Positions 18,471 to 29,086 of a DNA stretch of 64,000 nucleotides are shown here, one piece after another. Positions within the stretch are counted from its first letter, which is position 1, and every line of letters starts with the position of its first letter. The notes beneath the pieces were generated by a model. It was not told the DNA's origin. It made no database searches and was given only the letters and a program-made list of their open reading frames with translations. Both the position numbers and the translations under genes were made by a program. This DNA comes from a virus: positions 64,001 through 128,000 of IMG/VR virus record IMGVR_UViG_3300036715_002570, one strand, 5' to 3'.

Positions 18471-19088
18471 ATGTTCATTAATCCAAAGACCGTTATCGAA
18501 AACGGCTGGGTCACGCGTAGTGACTGTAAGACATACCAGGATTGGGATGACCGCAAGTTTGTCAGCCCCAATGCAATTGACTTTACGCTTGATAGTCTTA
18601 AAGTGCTGGGCAGCGGATCGCCCGCTGTTATCTCTGAACATAGTAAGACTATGCGTCAGCTACACTCCGTAGCTACAAATCAAGACGGGAACTGGCACCT
18701 TAATCAAGGTGTAGTATATGATGGTGTTAGTACCACCTACGTCAAGGTTCCGGAAGGTATGGCAGCGTTGCTATATGTCCGTTCTACGCTTGCGCGTAAT
18801 GGCACATTCTTAATCAGCGGGATTTTTGACGCTGGTTATGAAGGTGCGTGCGGGTTTACGCTATACCCAATGGGGGGGAACATTGCGATTGAGCCTGGGA
18901 CACGAGTAGGCCAAATTGCATTCATTGATGCAGGAACTGCCAAGATGTATGCAGGAGGATACAATCATGCCCCTGACACGCATTATACAGAGCCTGCAGA
19001 TTCTAAGGAAAAGAGTGCTAAAGGTTCAGGTAAGGTAAGCAAAGCGGTCACCACCGACATCCAATCGCTTTCCGGAACAGCAGGCTGA
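18471..19088 (+). CDS. dCTP deaminase/dUTPase family
   Basis: PNAIDFTL, RSTLARNG, DAGYEG, RVGQI. Confidence 0.85.
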   Translation: MFINPKTVIENGWVTRSDCKTYQDWDDRKFVSPNAIDFTLDSLKVLGSGSPAVISEHSKTMRQLHSVATNQDGNWHLNQGVVYDGVSTTYVKVPEGMAALLYVRSTLARNGTFLISGIFDAGYEGACGFTLYPMGGNIAIEPGTRVGQIAFIDAGTAKMYAGGYNHAPDTHYTEPADSKEKSAKGSGKVSKAVTTDIQSLSGTAG

Positions 19089-19940
19089 TACTGCGCCAAT
19101 ATTGTGACCTGTAGCTTTAGCAGCAGACGTAACGGACACAAAAGTCTGACTCGTATTGAGGTGTACGACTGGCTTTCGTACCTCAATGGTAGGTCGCACT
19201 GAGCCTGGTGAGACATTGAGGTACGTCCACATAAAACCAACCGCCTGACGGACATAACCCTTCAGGCAATCATTAATGGTTGAAGCGTCACACTTACACA
19301 CTTGCGCTGCTTCTGATTGGGAGGAGAATTTATTAATAAATTCTCCTCCCAATGACCATTGGTAAACGGGTCGTACCTTAGAGCGCAGCTTTGGTGGTAT
19401 TCCCTTATATGCCCATATGAATCCTTTGTATGATGCTTCTTTGTGAGAGCAGCAAGCACTAATGGTGGAGTAATTACTCCACCCGTTGAGCCGCATCGCC
19501 TCCTTAGCATTTTTGTACTCGGCTACAAATTCTCCAAATAGATTATACTGACAAACGGGTATTCCTTCGGACGTGTTGCCTTCGCCTCCGTTGCATATAT
19601 TAGTGAGTATGCCGGAGCCAGTTGACCGCTGTCCGTAGAGCTCAATTAACCTGCGTTCATCAGTAAAGGCATCATCTTCCGTATTAAACGTGGAGATGAT
19701 CCGAACTATCACTTGCATACCATTGTTGATGATTTGAGCAATCGTTGCAGCTTTGTGGGGGTTTGATTGGTTGGCTTTGGCATTGTTTCGCATCAACACG
19801 TGCTTCCACGCTCGATTATCCCGACCTTTCCCAACGTAAAATGGTTGCATAGTAGCTGGGTTAACTAGTTCATACGTATAAAAATTGTTTGATTGAAAGT
19901 CGTGGTTAGCCTGATTTTCAATCAAGTAGTGCTTTGCCAT
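19026..19940 (-). CDS. GIY-YIG (LEM-3-like) homing endonuclease with NUMOD1 repeats
   Basis: YTYELVNP..PFYVGKG..R; E..LI..LTN..GGEG; three VxQ..GEFxxxFxS repeats. Confidence 0.85.
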   Translation of the reverse strand: MAKHYLIENQANHDFQSNNFYTYELVNPATMQPFYVGKGRDNRAWKHVLMRNNAKANQSNPHKAATIAQIINNGMQVIVRIISTFNTEDDAFTDERRLIELYGQRSTGSGILTNICNGGEGNTSEGIPVCQYNLFGEFVAEYKNAKEAMRLNGWSNYSTISACCSHKEASYKGFIWAYKGIPPKLRSKVRPVYQWSLGGEFINKFSSQSEAAQVCKCDASTINDCLKGYVRQAVGFMWTYLNVSPGSVRPTIEVRKPVVHLNTSQTFVSVTSAAKATGHNIGAVSACCSGKRLDVGGDRFAYLT

Positions 19941-20278
19941 CCCATGTCTCCTATAAACCCAGTTGAAGGTATTTATGGGTTGGTGCATAATCAATTTGTG
20001 ATTCTCACAAAAACAACAAGAAAGAGAAGAAAATGACCACAGAACAATCCTCTCCTGATGTCACTCTGGACATCATGAAGCAGCTGGCACTCCAAATTCA
20101 GAACCACGAAAAGCAAATCCAATATCTGATTATTCAGGTCCAGAACCTGTATGCTCGTCTTGGATTGGTGCCACTTGACGTGACAGCCGTCACGCAAACG
20201 CGCTCAACGCGCACGGAAACCGGCATGGGCGTTCTGCCAGGTGCCGACCAAACATCGTACCTGTAAGCGGAGTGGAAC

Positions 20279-20902
20279 ATGGCAGACAAGAAGCCTCGCG
20301 GCTACATTGATTTCGTCTTGTTCTGCGATGCAGAGACAAGCGGAATTGCTTTTGGATCTCTCGATCCGACGAAGGGTGCTGATGGTACTACGTACCAGGC
20401 TGTGTCGTTCGGCTTCGTTGTCGCTAGCGCTCGCACGCTAGAAGCAGTTGAGAAGCTATACGTTGAGATCAAGTGGAATGGTGAGAGTGCGTGGTCAAAG
20501 GAAGCCGAAGGCGTCCACGGCCTATCACTCGCCTACCTGGAAGAGAACGGTATGGTGGAAGAGGACGCTGTTGTCGAGATTGCGTCGCTAATCCTGAAGT
20601 ACTGGGGTCCTGACAGTCCAATCTGCCTTGGCGGCCATAATGTTGGCACGTTCGACAAGTTCTTCCTCGCCGATCTGTGTGCTCGACATGGCATCAATCT
20701 GAAGTTTGGAAGCAAGACAATCGACACAAATTCGATTGGATTCGCTACGTTTGGCACCCACAACTCTGACGATCTGTTTGAGATGGTTGGTCTGCCGAAG
20801 CGTGATCCTGCAAAGCACAACGCTCTGACGGACGCTGATAACGCGCGTCGCGCAGTTCAAGTCGTTCGTCGGTTGTTCTCAACCGTGCTAGACGGGGAGT
20901 AA
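20279..20902 (+). CDS. DEDDh 3'-5' exonuclease (DnaQ-like)
   Basis: DAETSG, GHNVGTFD, IDT, HNALTDA. Confidence 0.88.
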   Translation: MADKKPRGYIDFVLFCDAETSGIAFGSLDPTKGADGTTYQAVSFGFVVASARTLEAVEKLYVEIKWNGESAWSKEAEGVHGLSLAYLEENGMVEEDAVVEIASLILKYWGPDSPICLGGHNVGTFDKFFLADLCARHGINLKFGSKTIDTNSIGFATFGTHNSDDLFEMVGLPKRDPAKHNALTDADNARRAVQVVRRLFSTVLDGE

Positions 20903-21231
20903 ATGGGAACCTCTTCGCAGGGATACGAAACGCTCAAAGCTCTGGCGGGAGATCATCTGATCTCCCCCATAACCGACTATCACAATAATCGATCACTGTT
21001 ATCATTCTCGTGCTCTTGCGGCCGAATCTTCCATGCAACGAAGTATTTGTACGAGAAGAGTCGTGATGACCTGATCAGCTCTGGAATTACGATGGATAAG
21101 GTTGTGCGGAAGCTACAGCTCAAATTCAAGAAAGCTAAAATACATCCCGTCGTCTTTGATGATGAAAATAGCGACGGCGTTGCCTTTATTCGCCCCCACC
21201 CAAAGCAATGGATCGTTTTCCCGTACGAGTA

Positions 21232-21438
21232 ATGGTGTACAACCTCATACACATTGTAAAGGATTTCTTAACGGGCAACCTGCGGTCTGCCCCAAAGGAA
21301 ACGATCGACAAGCGGGTAGCGATCTGTAATTCTTGCGAGGTTCGCAATGAGGTACTCAATACGTGTACCGCATGCGGATGTTTTATCGCAGCCAAGACAA
21401 AGCTAGAGAAGTCCACCTGCCCGTTAGAGCTGTGGTAA
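21232..21438 (+). CDS. Small Cys-rich protein (DUF6171-like)
   Basis: R..IC..C..C..CGCF..K..CP..W. Confidence 0.6.
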   Translation: MVYNLIHIVKDFLTGNLRSAPKETIDKRVAICNSCEVRNEVLNTCTACGCFIAAKTKLEKSTCPLELW

Positions 21439-21822
21439 TTTGGCTACCGTTGATCTTTTACCCCCTATTAGCGTATGATTGAAGCAACGAACTCTATGGA
21501 GCTGCGAATGAGCTCAGTTGATAAGATGCTGGACGGCGATGAGTTGATTGTCCAGCAGATCTCGAGCAACGAAGGACCGATGGCCGCAAAGCGCTACGTG
21601 CAGCAATTCAACAATGCATGCATGCAGATGTGCGGCTTTGAAGATGCGCTGGAAGAGATCGAACACCGTTTCAAGGCTACAGGCATTGGTTTCTTTGCGT
21701 CCGTACACAGTCTATCGTATACGACGCATTGATTAGGGTTTGTTGATCGATCGCCCCGAAGTGGGTAGAATTGATAACGATCCCACCCAATTTTGCAGGG
21801 AACACAGACAGAGGAGATAGAC

Positions 21823-22371
21823 ATGACCAAACCCACCATGAGCTGGCCGGAGCGTTTTGCGCTTCTGGATCACTACAAGCCGCAAGATTCGCAGGTGTGC
21901 AGCGCCTTCAACATCACCAAGGACGAGCTCGACGTTGCTCGTATGATGCGTGATGCTGGCGTGTTCGCTCCGTCGAAGACGCTTGACGTTGCGGCATATG
22001 CCAACGTGTTCTCCGCCAACCCCGGTTCCGAACCGACGGTGGCGACGCCAACGATCGGCAAGTCCAACAAGAGTCGTACTGGGGGGTCGACGACGCACGT
22101 CAAGCCGGAGAGCGTGTCCAAGCGCGTCAAGGTTCCGCAGAAGCGTGGTCGCAAGGGTAGCAAGATCGCCACCGCCCTGCTCGCTGTGACGACGACGCAA
22201 GTGCCGGTCGAGACGTTCATCGCCCAGCATGGCGTTTCGCTCGCAGTCCTGCGTCAGAGCAAGCGGTTCATTGATACCCTCGACCCGGCGCTCCAGAAGC
22301 AGATCGGCCGCGTCAACGTCCGCCAGGACGCAGCGACGAAGCGGCTGATGATCTGGCGTGAAGACGTATGA
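21823..22371 (+). CDS. Putative DNA-binding protein
   Basis: GAGGAG RBS; basic KRGRKG AT-hook-like linker. Confidence 0.55.
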   Translation: MTKPTMSWPERFALLDHYKPQDSQVCSAFNITKDELDVARMMRDAGVFAPSKTLDVAAYANVFSANPGSEPTVATPTIGKSNKSRTGGSTTHVKPESVSKRVKVPQKRGRKGSKIATALLAVTTTQVPVETFIAQHGVSLAVLRQSKRFIDTLDPALQKQIGRVNVRQDAATKRLMIWREDV

Positions 22372-22691
22372 TGGCTGACGATACAGTCCAGATCGTTGGC
22401 CGGCGTGCTGACGGCACGGAAGTTGTAGTCGGGGAGGCACTGATGCCTCCTTTGATGAAGGCTCGGGAGCTGGCGCGTGAGATGTTTGGGGGCGACCCCG
22501 CTGACGACACCAGCGACACGGCAATGGCGTTCTGGGTGTGCGAGAACTTCTACAACTGGCTGGTCTCAACTGGCCAACTGAAGCCGGGGTTGTTCGGCGT
22601 CCAGGTACGGTAGCCAACGTAGAGTTTCCGTAAAGGCGTGCACGGGGCACGCCTTTACTTTTTGTGTGAACTGATATATAGTTGATCAACA

Positions 22692-23315
22692 ATGAGTTGG
22701 TCAATGGCGACAGAACAACAACTAAAAACGCTTGACAAATACGTAGACACGATCCACGAACTACTGATTGATCAGATCGAAGGCTTCCGCGTAAACCCTG
22801 CTCGACAACTGACGACCAATCGTCAGATATTTGTCCGAATGCTCGGCCAATTGCTGTATGAAGCACCACGCTTACATACTGGCAAGGTCAGCATCCGTAT
22901 GGTTGAAGAGAAGTTAAAAGACTTCACAGCCAAGGCATGCTTTGAACACCACCAAAGTCGTCAAAAAGGTGGCAAAGCCTTCCTGCATTTAGTTGACGCA
23001 GCAGTACGTACGGGTGTCAACCCAACCGTAGAACAGGTGCGCGCAATCGCTCTGGTCTACTGTCAAGTCCATTATACGACCGCACAGGAGAATGCGCAGC
23101 TTCGAAAGCACCAGCGCAGATGCTCTAGTGAGGCCGCTTACCGCCGTGCCAACATTCCCCTAATTGAGGCACGCGACCTGTTCACGAAGCTGGGACGACA
23201 CTCTGAACAGTGGAAGCGTACAATGATCGCAAAATACCAACCGATCATTGATGCATACAACACACCTGCGGTTAGCATACAGCCATTACCCGAAATGCCG
23301 ATTGTCATCAACTGA
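22692..23315 (+). CDS. Hypothetical protein
   Basis: 207-aa ORF. Confidence 0.55.
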   Translation: MSWSMATEQQLKTLDKYVDTIHELLIDQIEGFRVNPARQLTTNRQIFVRMLGQLLYEAPRLHTGKVSIRMVEEKLKDFTAKACFEHHQSRQKGGKAFLHLVDAAVRTGVNPTVEQVRAIALVYCQVHYTTAQENAQLRKHQRRCSSEAAYRRANIPLIEARDLFTKLGRHSEQWKRTMIAKYQPIIDAYNTPAVSIQPLPEMPIVIN

Positions 23316-23385
23316 TTGGGTTATTGTGGTGGCCACTTCCACCTGCTCCGGTGAAGTAACACTTGCTCCATTTTAATGGCCTGAT

Positions 23386-23574
23386 CTAAGGAGACGACGG
23401 TAGATATAATTTCTTCGCGGTTGTAAGCCTTGTACCGTGCATCTTGCACTTGATCTCAACAGTAGTGCTGGCGTTGATATATATAACCTTATCGCAATCG
23501 TACCGATTGCTGTGCACCCGTTGTGACAGTTCTACAAATTGCTTCTGGGTTAACGCTGATGGTAGTATAATCAC
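23386..23574 (-). pseudogene. Remnant of homing-endonuclease-associated repeat (DUF723-like)
   Basis: FVE..VH..RYD..V.Y.N....V.I.C..HG, truncated. Confidence 0.5.
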
Positions 23575-23617
23575 CTATAATCAAATCTGTCCCTATCTAT
23601 CGAATCGGAGGCACTAA

Positions 23618-24514
23618 GTGGCAAAATACGAATGGTCTGAAGTTTTCTACTCTATTGAAGGGGAGGCCAAATATGCTGGGCGGCCTACTGTCTACGCGCG
23701 GTTCGCTCTGTGCAATTTCCAGTGCAAAGGATTCGGCAATCCTGAGAAATTGGATACCACAAAGATTGATGTTCTCGGATTCAACCCCGCGGACTACAAA
23801 GACATCTACTCAATCCCTCTAATTACGAGGGGGTGCGACTCCATCTATTCATGGGATCCAAAGTTCAAGCATATGTGGCGGAAGACGGATGAGCATGAGC
23901 TGGCACAAGAATTGCTGAACGTTCTTCCGAACAAATCCTTTATTCAACCATCAGGCCAGCGCGTGATCTTGTCCTTGACGGGAGGAGAGCCAACTCTCCG
24001 TGCCAAATTCCTTCCAGCACTATTCAACGCTGCGGAGTTGTCGGACGTGAAGCATATCCTGGTAGAGACAAACTGCGCCGTTCCTCTGAAGCGTGATTTC
24101 ATGATGGAAATCAACGCATGGCTTGCAGCAGACGCGGAACGAAAGTGGACGTGGAGTAATTCACCCAAACTGTCTGTCTCAGGAGAGGAGTGGGATGAAG
24201 CGATTCGCCCTGAAATCGCCGTGATGCAACGGTTGGCTACCAGCCGTGAGTTTCAGCCACAGCAGGTTGATCAGTATTTCAAGTTCGTTTGTGACCCAAC
24301 CGACGAAAGCTTCAATGAAGTAGCGAAGGCTATGGAAGAGTACTACACGGCTGGAATCCCCCGAAACACAGAGGTATACATCATGCCCGTGGCGTGCCAA
24401 GACACAGACCAGTCGGCGATTTCTTCAGCGGTGGCACAGCAATGCATGACTCGTGGATATATCTACTGTCACCGTGTTCACCTTGATGTGTTTGGTAACG
24501 CACCAGGAACCTGA
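23618..24514 (+). CDS. queE: 7-carboxy-7-deazaguanine synthase (radical SAM)
   Basis: EVFYSIEGE, RF..CNFQC..CDS, TGGEP, VETN, SPKL, R.H..FG. Confidence 0.88.
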   Translation: MAKYEWSEVFYSIEGEAKYAGRPTVYARFALCNFQCKGFGNPEKLDTTKIDVLGFNPADYKDIYSIPLITRGCDSIYSWDPKFKHMWRKTDEHELAQELLNVLPNKSFIQPSGQRVILSLTGGEPTLRAKFLPALFNAAELSDVKHILVETNCAVPLKRDFMMEINAWLAADAERKWTWSNSPKLSVSGEEWDEAIRPEIAVMQRLATSREFQPQQVDQYFKFVCDPTDESFNEVAKAMEEYYTAGIPRNTEVYIMPVACQDTDQSAISSAVAQQCMTRGYIYCHRVHLDVFGNAPGT

Positions 24515-24809
24515 GGGAACAAAATGATCAACAGCCTAATCACGATCAATGACAAGTCGTACCAAGTACCGGCTACATCACGCCTGGATGCGACAGATCT
24601 CGCCGTCCTAGACGACCGCGCATGTGGGAAAAGTGCTATCAGTGTTCATGATCTCCAAGAGGCTGTGCAGGGTCGCCGATTTACTGAAGATGCCAGCTAT
24701 AGTCATAACTTCAGTGCTACAAGAGCAGAGCGAGCTCGCTCCACAGAGAAACAATGTCGTGAAGCTATCACGATGATCCGTCAGACCTTCACACAACAAG
24801 CGAGGTAAC

Positions 24810-25319
24810 ATGATTCCCGCCGGTTCAATTCACCAAAGCCACTTTGACCAAGAAGAAGGACCCTGGTGCAAACAGGTCCTTCTGTACTCTCCCGACAACG
24901 GTGGAGACAATCCAGACAACCGCATTGATTTGTATGCTGGGGAGCCTCAACGCTTGTCAGACGAGCGAATCATCGAGCTAGCGAAGAAAATCCTACGGCG
25001 AGACATCTTTGCGGGCTCTGCTCTAGCAGTATTTGCTCGAGCTGTTGAACAAGAAGCCACACAGCTACCAAAGGTGGAGAAGCTGCAAATGGTCAGGATC
25101 ACAATCAACGGAAAGCCTCACTTGGTATACAACAGGCCAATGACGTACTATGACGTTGTTCGCTTGGCATGGGGTGAAGGAGATCACCCACTGTTGACGG
25201 TGACGTATGCGAGCGAACATTGCAGTGGACTGCTTGCGCCTGGTACGAACCGGCGAGAAGCGTCTGTTGTTCCGTGTGACAATATGCACTTCTGTGCTGT
25301 TCATACAGGGAACGCTTAA
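24810..25319 (+). CDS. Protein with C-terminal multi-ubiquitin-like (beta-grasp) domain
   Basis: ITINGK..MTYYDVVRLA..TVTY..G.LAPG..SV...NMHF...TGNA. Confidence 0.55.
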   Translation: MIPAGSIHQSHFDQEEGPWCKQVLLYSPDNGGDNPDNRIDLYAGEPQRLSDERIIELAKKILRRDIFAGSALAVFARAVEQEATQLPKVEKLQMVRITINGKPHLVYNRPMTYYDVVRLAWGEGDHPLLTVTYASEHCSGLLAPGTNRREASVVPCDNMHFCAVHTGNA

Positions 25320-25614
25320 TTATGGTAGCAAAACTCAAGTTGGATGAAGAGGTCGCTGTGTCCTACGCGGTGAACATTCGTGGTGAGAAGGCTGACCCAA
25401 ATACGATCCAGTTTTTTAACGGTCACGAGTCATTGTTCACTGCGGTGCAAGTGATGCGGTTGGCTGACAAATTGGGTGTTAAATTGGTGCAGGATGATAA
25501 ATCTAATTGGACCGCTTTTCAGTACCAAGGAAAGCACCTGTCTAACGTCAACTTTTATCATCCTAGTCACGCCTATGCTTTCCTGTTGGGTGTGGCTGCC
25601 ATCAAGGGAATTAC

Positions 25615-26052
25615 ATGAGCCACAAATTTACCGTGCACGTAGAGGGTGCTGACACGGCAGCAAAGAAGGCACTAACACACCTGCTAGCCTCATTTCTGGA
25701 AGACAGCGTCAAGCACGTAATCGTTCCAGGCGAACGTATGTCAATGCAGAAGATTTTCGGGCAGATGGATCGAATTCAAGACCATGCTGTGGTTGAATTC
25801 GTCACAGATGCTCCCGTGGTGCACACCGTTCAAGCGGTAGTTGCACCTACAACGGTTGCTGGCACTGCTCCTACCTACACGGCCGCCACTGTATCTGCAC
25901 CTGCCACTGTATCCGTTTCCGCAAGTGCTGTTGATGAAGACGGTGACGCGTTGACTCTGCCAAACGTAGCAGAGTTTCTTCCTCCAACCCCTGCGAAGGC
26001 ATTACCGCAGCATCCTGCTACTGTGATGGCACGACCAAAGCATCGTTGGTAA
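25615..26052 (+). CDS. Hypothetical protein with Ala/Thr/Pro-rich tail
   Basis: ATGA coupled; N-terminus resembles a degenerate P-loop. Confidence 0.5.
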   Translation: MSHKFTVHVEGADTAAKKALTHLLASFLEDSVKHVIVPGERMSMQKIFGQMDRIQDHAVVEFVTDAPVVHTVQAVVAPTTVAGTAPTYTAATVSAPATVSVSASAVDEDGDALTLPNVAEFLPPTPAKALPQHPATVMARPKHRW

Positions 26053-26528
26053 AGTGAAGCCCATGCCTCGTAAATAGCACGACTATGGAGGGGGCACATG
26101 GAGAGCAATTGGCACAACTGGTTTGCGTGGCGGCCAGTTCGAATGATGGGTGGTAGGATTGTATGGTTCTGCTACGTATGGCGCCGTCGAATTCGACAGC
26201 AATGGCAATATCACGTTTTCTGAAAGGCCAACGATGGACATGAAGACCACTGGCTACGCAGCAATTGATCTCCAAGAGTTCCTTGAGATCGTATTGATGT
26301 GGCATTGCAGTGGTGATATTCCCATGGACCGCAAGTCAACTGCGGAGTTCATTGAGACGGACACCTTCAGTGAATTTCTGATGTCCGTTAAGCACTGGGC
26401 GCGCAGATTTGGTGTAAAGGTACCAACGACAGCTGAGATCGTCAAGACGCTGTACGCGCTATACAACGATCCTGCGCGTTGCAGTACATGACGGTTGCGA
26501 TATATACTCCGATCTAACAGGAGTTTCT

Positions 26529-26957
26529 ATGTCGTACGATAAAAAGTTGGTCTACCGGGCAAGTCTAATCCCATATGTCGTGGAGAACGGCCAGGTACTG
26601 ATGATGTTCATGAAGCCGTCCAACCCTGAGTATGGCGGCAATACCTACCAACTGGCCAAGGGCCGCATTGAAGATGGTGAGGACTCGAAGGCTGCTGCGA
26701 TCCGTGAAGCGAAAGAAGAGCTCGGCTTGTTCGTTGGCAATGTTGTATTGACCGAAAGCATCGGTCAATTCATGGGTAGGACGTCGGTATACGTTGCCAA
26801 AGTCAAGGATCGCAATATGTTCGGTGAGCCGGATTTTGAAACGGAAAGCGTCACGTGGATGACGGCCGAAGAGTTTGATCACGTTGGTCGTGATCTCCAC
26901 CGCCCCGTAGTCAAGGCTGCTGTGCGGAAAATTTGTCAGTTGGAGAAGCTACAATGA
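26529..26957 (+). CDS. Nudix hydrolase
   Basis: KGRIEDGEDSKAAAIREAKEELG Nudix box. Confidence 0.92.
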   Translation: MSYDKKLVYRASLIPYVVENGQVLMMFMKPSNPEYGGNTYQLAKGRIEDGEDSKAAAIREAKEELGLFVGNVVLTESIGQFMGRTSVYVAKVKDRNMFGEPDFETESVTWMTAEEFDHVGRDLHRPVVKAAVRKICQLEKLQ

Positions 26958-27267
26958 AGTTACGAGCACTATTAGAGCGAGATTACACGTACCCTGTATC
27001 GGTTCAGTACGAACAGGAATACACAAATGCGGACGGTGAGGTTGACGTCGAGGAAGATCCATACGCTACAGGTGATTCTCCGTCGCTGTCTTCTTTTGAG
27101 CCGACAGCTGTGTTCGTGACGGACACAAAGGAGCAGCTGGATCTTGCAGCGTTCCTCAAGTCGTTGACACCAGCACTGTACGAGTGGATTACCAGCGAAG
27201 CGCTGGAATTGGCCTAATACTAGACGTGCCCTCATAAATACTCCTACAACTCTGTAGGAGAACCAAT

Positions 27268-28032
27268 ATGAGTACACAATGGAATATGGCTTCAGTACGC
27301 CGCCTCGCCGGCCTGCCACTGACAGAAGGTTGGATGCGTGATGACGACGACGATGATGAAGATCCAGACGTCAAGATTGTCAATGCTGACAAGGGCCAAA
27401 CGGCTTTCGAACGCAAGAACAAGAGCCACCTCGATGACAACGCTGAAGCACTGAAGAAACGCACAGCTGAAGTCAAGGCAAAGGCAGCTGAGAAAAAGGC
27501 CGAGAAGAAGGCTGAACCAAAGTCTGAGACCCCTGCAAAGGACAAGACAGAAGAGAAGTCTCCACCTGCTGAAAAGGCTCCTGCTAAGGCTGAGCCAGCC
27601 AAGGAAGAAAAGAAGGTTGAAGCTGCGGCTGAGAAGAAGCGTCGTGGTAAGGCTCCTGATGAGAACAGCAAGTCGGGCCAGATGCGTACGTGGTACAACG
27701 CAAACAAGCCAACACAGCGCAAGCACTTCCTTGCTCATGCAGCAAAGATTGGCATGAGCGCTGCTCAGGCATCAACCTTGCATGCCAAGCTGAATCCAAA
27801 GTCTGGCCGCGAGGTCAAGACCGACGAGTGCTACGTGATTACACACCCGTTCATGCCATCGTTCATGCTTGCAGAAAACCGCGAAATGAACGGTCAAATG
27901 CAGTGGATCGATCCAGCAAGCCCTCTCGATCCATTGGTGTTTGAAACCGCTGAGGAAGCTCAGAAGGTTGTCAAGTACATGGCTGAGTGGAAGGGTCAAA
28001 CATCCAAGGTAACGAAGGTTGTGTTTGACTGA
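27268..28032 (+). CDS. Late, Lys/Glu/Ala-rich protein with a divergent GAxTY-like domain
   Basis: CATAAATA 27233-27240; RRLAGL..LTE; SK..WY..R..F....GMSAAQAST. Confidence 0.65.
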   Translation: MSTQWNMASVRRLAGLPLTEGWMRDDDDDDEDPDVKIVNADKGQTAFERKNKSHLDDNAEALKKRTAEVKAKAAEKKAEKKAEPKSETPAKDKTEEKSPPAEKAPAKAEPAKEEKKVEAAAEKKRRGKAPDENSKSGQMRTWYNANKPTQRKHFLAHAAKIGMSAAQASTLHAKLNPKSGREVKTDECYVITHPFMPSFMLAENREMNGQMQWIDPASPLDPLVFETAEEAQKVVKYMAEWKGQTSKVTKVVFD

Positions 28033-28242
28033 TCATGAACTCGCTGTTCTACACTGTCTGGCTCGGCGTTCAGGTAATCCATCCAGACACCCATGTGGCT
28101 AATTGCAAAGCTCCGCGGTAAGACGTATGAGTGGTGGGGCGGCGTACAGTAAGACGCAAACTTACTAGTAAACAAAGGGAAGCGTTGCTTCCCTTTCTTT
28201 TTGCCTATACGATATAGGCTTCTATCTACGTATGAAGCTCCT

Positions 28243-28722
28243 GTGAACAAACTTCTTGCCGCCCTGATGCTCGTCGCGTTTAACGCTTATGCGGTCGACG
28301 CCCCTGATCCGACGCTGACTCCTGGCGCCGCCCGAACGACGGACCCCGCTGACATCTGCTCGACCGCTGGTCACAAGATCAGCACAAAGGATGTCCGCAA
28401 TGTGCCAGAGTCCGTCAAGAGGCAAGTGTTCGCTGAGTATCACGTTGACGGTGGCAACCACACTGGTTACTGTGCTGTGACGAGCGGATGTGAAGTTGAC
28501 CATCTGATCAGCCTGGAACTCGGCGGCAGCAACGACATCAAGAACCTGTGGCCGCAGCCGTACACCGGTGTGTGGAATGCACACATGAAGGATGCGTTGG
28601 AGGATAAACTGCACCACATGGTCTGCACTGGTCAGATTTCGCTCCCCGATGCCCAACATGCGATCGCTTCCAACTGGAAGGGGGCATGGGTGAAGTACGT
28701 TAACAAGGGACAACCAAAATGA
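28243..28722 (+). CDS. Signal-peptide-bearing HNH-fold protein
   Basis: Signal peptide ending AYA; EVDHLISLELGGSNDIKNLWPQ..KDALE. Confidence 0.7.
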   Translation: MNKLLAALMLVAFNAYAVDAPDPTLTPGAARTTDPADICSTAGHKISTKDVRNVPESVKRQVFAEYHVDGGNHTGYCAVTSGCEVDHLISLELGGSNDIKNLWPQPYTGVWNAHMKDALEDKLHHMVCTGQISLPDAQHAIASNWKGAWVKYVNKGQPK

Positions 28723-29086
28723 TTGCGTTGGGTACATACGTTCAGTTCAAGCCAGAAATGTTCCTCCCGCCGAATACTCCATGGTATGATGGCTATGAAG
28801 GCCACGTATTCGAGGTGATCGGTTACATGCCGAACCAGGGGATTGAATTCGACCTGTCATCCCCTGAGCTCAAGGGAACACCATTCGATCACGGTGACGT
28901 TGTGTACGACCACATCAGTCTGAAGTGCGTCACTGGCGATGTGGTCGTACGTGGATACGTCCATGATTGGGATGTGATTCAGGTACCTTGACCTGTTCGC
29001 TGAACAGAATATATAGTAGATGACAGGTCTTCGGCTCATCCCTGCTAACTCTGCGCCAAAACAATAACTACAACAAGGAATAGAGC

